This document shows positions 61,535 to 64,000 of a stretch of DNA of 64,000 nt, one piece after another. The stretch is taken from assembly GCA_048881705.1 (NCBI GenBank), contig JBHLSH010000001.1, forward strand, positions 128,001-192,000, written 5' to 3'. Source of the stretch: Candidatus Heimdallarchaeota archaeon (lineage in GTDB: Archaea > Asgardarchaeota > Heimdallarchaeia > Hodarchaeales > Hodarchaeaceae). The position numbers and the translations under genes were made by a program. The number at the start of each line of letters is the position of its first letter. Position 1 is the first letter of the stretch. Below the pieces are notes generated by a model that was not told the origin of the DNA, ran no database searches, and saw only the letters and a list, made by a program, of their open reading frames with translations.

Positions 61535-62104
61535 TCAACTTTCCTCACTTGGTTCTCTAGGCGTTTCAATAGAAGAATCGGATCGATTTTCGACGTGTGG
61601 ACGATTTTCTTCCTCATTCTGCTGCGCCGATTCTACCTGAGCCTGCTGTCGAGATTCCATCTGTTTTCTAAGCAAAAAAACCTCTCTCTCCATTTGATTA
61701 ACCTCATCTTCGCTTGACTGGATCTCTGTGTCGAGAGATGCTTTTTCATCGACAAGAGCACGTCTTTCGCTTTCGAGGTTGGCGATTTCCCCATTCAACA
61801 CTGATAGTTGTTTCTCTAAAGAAGCGATTTTCTCCTTAGAAGACACCTTTGTTAATTCTAAATCGTTGATCCGTCCCCTAACTAATTCTAATTGGGTCGC
61901 AAGATCTTGGGATTTATTGTCTAGTTCAAATTTTCTTTTTCCAACTTTTTCGAGGATTTCTTCTAATTCCTGCTGCAATTCTTGAATGGTTTTCCCTTTT
62001 TCATCTTCCGAGTCCACAATTATTTGGTTGGAGGTTCCTGGAGGGGAACAAACTGGACAAGGTGGCCTTATGTAGTAGGAACCGCAACGAGAGCACTTGG
62101 GCAC
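61535..62104 (-). CDS. N-terminal Zn ribbon plus coiled-coil protein (paralog B)
   Basis: MPKCSRCGSYYIRPPCPVC followed by ~110 aa of heptads. Confidence 0.8.
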   Translation of the reverse strand: MPKCSRCGSYYIRPPCPVCSPPGTSNQIIVDSEDEKGKTIQELQQELEEILEKVGKRKFELDNKSQDLATQLELVRGRINDLELTKVSSKEKIASLEKQLSVLNGEIANLESERRALVDEKASLDTEIQSSEDEVNQMEREVFLLRKQMESRQQAQVESAQQNEEENRPHVENRSDSSIETPREPSEES

Positions 62105-62105
62105 T

Positions 62106-62588
62106 CTATTCTACCTCCTCATTTCCTTTCAAAATCAACCTTAGATCTTCGATTTCTACTCTTTTCTGGGTTTTAATTTCCACCAATTTAAGAAATTTAA
62201 CTCTGGAGGCCTCTAAATCATGCTTCAAGCCCGTGTTTTGTTGAACTAGATCCTGTTTTTTCATCAGGATGCTATTGAGTGCCGTTTCAAGGCGAGCAAT
62301 CTCAAGCTGAATGGTATCAATCTCCTCTTGTAATTTCGCCTCCTCATCTGACTCAAGGGTGAGTTCATCCGTCATACTCTTGACTTTGGCTCCTTTCACT
62401 TCATCTAGCTCTTTCAGTTTTGCTTCAGCTTCTTCAATTTTATCTAGCAATTCAATTGGATTAATAATCCGTACCGTACGCTCCTGCTCAGTTGAGACGG
62501 TTTTGACGGGGGAGTCGGGATCCTCTTCACTTACACACGAACAGACTTTTTCACTGTAATAAGATCCGCAATTTGTACAAATCGGCAC
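62106..62588 (-). CDS. N-terminal Zn ribbon plus coiled-coil protein (paralog A)
   Basis: MPICTNCGSYYSEKVCSC followed by heptads; 1 bp from paralog B, with a GAGG SD. Confidence 0.8.
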   Translation of the reverse strand: MPICTNCGSYYSEKVCSCVSEEDPDSPVKTVSTEQERTVRIINPIELLDKIEEAEAKLKELDEVKGAKVKSMTDELTLESDEEAKLQEEIDTIQLEIARLETALNSILMKKQDLVQQNTGLKHDLEASRVKFLKLVEIKTQKRVEIEDLRLILKGNEEVE

Positions 62589-62650
62589 CTTTTCAACCTC
62601 TCATAGGACTTGATATTCCTCGTATAGCTACTACCTACCCTTCCATTCCT

Positions 62651-62681
62651 TTCCGTTATATTTTAAGCGTTCCGTTATATT
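62651..62681. promoter_or_regulatory. Direct repeat TTCCGTTATATT x2, 19-bp period, in a divergent promoter
   Basis: Copies at 62651-62662 and 62670-62681. Confidence 0.4.
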
Positions 62682-62788
62682 GTGGATAATAAGCACCGCC
62701 CTCCATATCTGCGAGTTTTAAGTTCTACTGTCCATTAGAAGGGTCTATATTGTTATCACAAAATATAAATCGAATTTATCTGGTCATC

Positions 62789-64000
62789 ATGGTGCCAATC
62801 TCTCAAAAACGGACAATTCTAATATTAGGATTTTCCCGTGGGAAAATAAATCAATCTAAGCCATTAATTCGTGGAAAAATTGAGTATAATTTCAAGCATG
62901 GAAATTTATGGCGACCATGGCGGATCCATTGGGAAGAACACGGAAAGTGGAAACCATATCCGCCCAACAAAGACATGATTCAGAAGTTACTCCAAAAATC
63001 ACGTAAGATCTTATTGGACTCTGGTCTGACAACAAAAGAAAAAGGAGGGATTCAAAAGTTCTGCAAGGATTTTAACATTGACACCATTATTAACGAGGTC
63101 CTTCTATGCCCATTCTGTATCGCTTCCGATAAATATTCCATTCTTAAATCCAATAATACGTACCTGGCATACAAGCGAGAAGTGTGCAAAACATGCGCTA
63201 TAGAAGAGCTTGAAAAAGATTTAAATGCCAGAAAAGTCTCCTTGCTTAGCAGCCCGGGCTTTAAGAAGTATGCATTATCTTTATTGGATCGTTTTCATAA
63301 CACTGAACAAGTGATTACAGTTCTGACTAGTAAGGAACCTGTCGTCAGTGATCTAACTTTGGTTCAAAAGTTAGATAAATCTTCTAAAAAGGAGCTTCCT
63401 ATCCTATCCCTTCCCATTACTGAGTTCGGCCTTCCCGACTTCCTTGTCGAAGTTTTAAGAAATAGGGGGATAACAATATTTCTGCCAGTGCAAACTCTAT
63501 CGCTCCGCGCTGGTCTCCTGGAAAACAAGAGCCAGCTGATTATAGCCAATACAAGTGCAGGAAAAACTTTGATAGGGGAAATGGCGGGAGTTTGTAATAT
63601 TAAAAAAGCAAAGAATAAAAAATTTATATTTACTGTCCCTTTGGTGGCCTTAGCAAACACTAAATTTGATGATTTCAAACGTTTATATGAGAAACAACAA
63701 GGAATTCGCGTTGGGATCAGAGTAGGACGTTCTCGTATATTCGATAGCCTCAAGGAGAAAAAGAAGTTCTATCGGGACAGGTATTCTTTAGCGGGGGCGG
63801 ATATAATAGTCGCAACCTATGAAGGCCTAGATCTTTTGTTTAGAGCTGGCCAATTGAACTTTGATGAAGTCGGAACCATAGTAATAGATGAAGCCCAATC
63901 TCTCGCAGATCCTGATCGGGGGCCGATGCTGGATTGTCTGCTCGCAAAAATCAGAGTATATGCGAGTGGTGTTCAAGTTGTGGCCCTTTCGGCCACTGTT
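62789..64000 (+). CDS. Archaeal superfamily II DEAD/DEAH helicase (COG1202/DUF5814-like), 3'-truncated by the window edge; absent from the ORF track
   Basis: Hand translation: N-terminal CPFC...CKTC, LLPVQ, Walker A ANTSAGKTLIGEMA, VPLVALAN.K, ATYEG.D, DEAQ box, ALSATV. Confidence 0.9.
   Translation, partial: MVPISQKRTILILGFSRGKINQSKPLIRGKIEYNFKHGNLWRPWRIHWEEHGKWKPYPPNKDMIQKLLQKSRKILLDSGLTTKEKGGIQKFCKDFNIDTIINEVLLCPFCIASDKYSILKSNNTYLAYKREVCKTCAIEELEKDLNARKVSLLSSPGFKKYALSLLDRFHNTEQVITVLTSKEPVVSDLTLVQKLDKSSKKELPILSLPITEFGLPDFLVEVLRNRGITIFLPVQTLSLRAGLLENKSQLIIANTSAGKTLIGEMAGVCNIKKAKNKKFIFTVPLVALANTKFDDFKRLYEKQQGIRVGIRVGRSRIFDSLKEKKKFYRDRYSLAGADIIVATYEGLDLLFRAGQLNFDEVGTIVIDEAQSLADPDRGPMLDCLLAKIRVYASGVQVVALSATV

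Noticed and set aside
63364-63753. 129-aa minus-strand ORF
   Set aside because: Antisense to the helicase motifs on the plus strand.

Overview
Archaeal chromosomal segment, very likely from an Asgard archaeon (Heimdallarchaeia/Hodarchaeales-like; inference). Archaeal core genes (TFB, TFE, arcTGT, ArcS, RaSEA, DUF99, COG1202-type helicase, class II RNR) sit among bacterial-type metabolic genes (hutHUI, glnA, lipA, CopB, aromatic amino acid decarboxylase, grpE-dnaK-dnaJ) and many candidate eukaryotic-signature proteins. Strongest leads: (1) a tail-anchored Q-SNARE with a complete 16-layer heptad pattern next to a roadblock gene (13774-14493); (2) a Mnd1-like winged-helix/coiled-coil gene (33707-34186) beside an orphan module that holds a second wHTH/coiled-coil protein (weak Hop2 candidate) and a Zn-finger/VASP-tetramer-like/polyproline protein; (3) a GTPase-dead FtsZ-like domain fused to a longin-like domain (1015-2418), convergent with a C1orf109/AIRIM-like gene; (4) a 59-aa CdrS-like ribbon-helix-helix gene missing from the ORF track, preceded by a duplicated perfect palindrome whose core recurs in another promoter. 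No rRNA, tRNA, CRISPR array, transposase or integrase could be supported. All family assignments come from motif reading and remembered family sequences, not from database searches.
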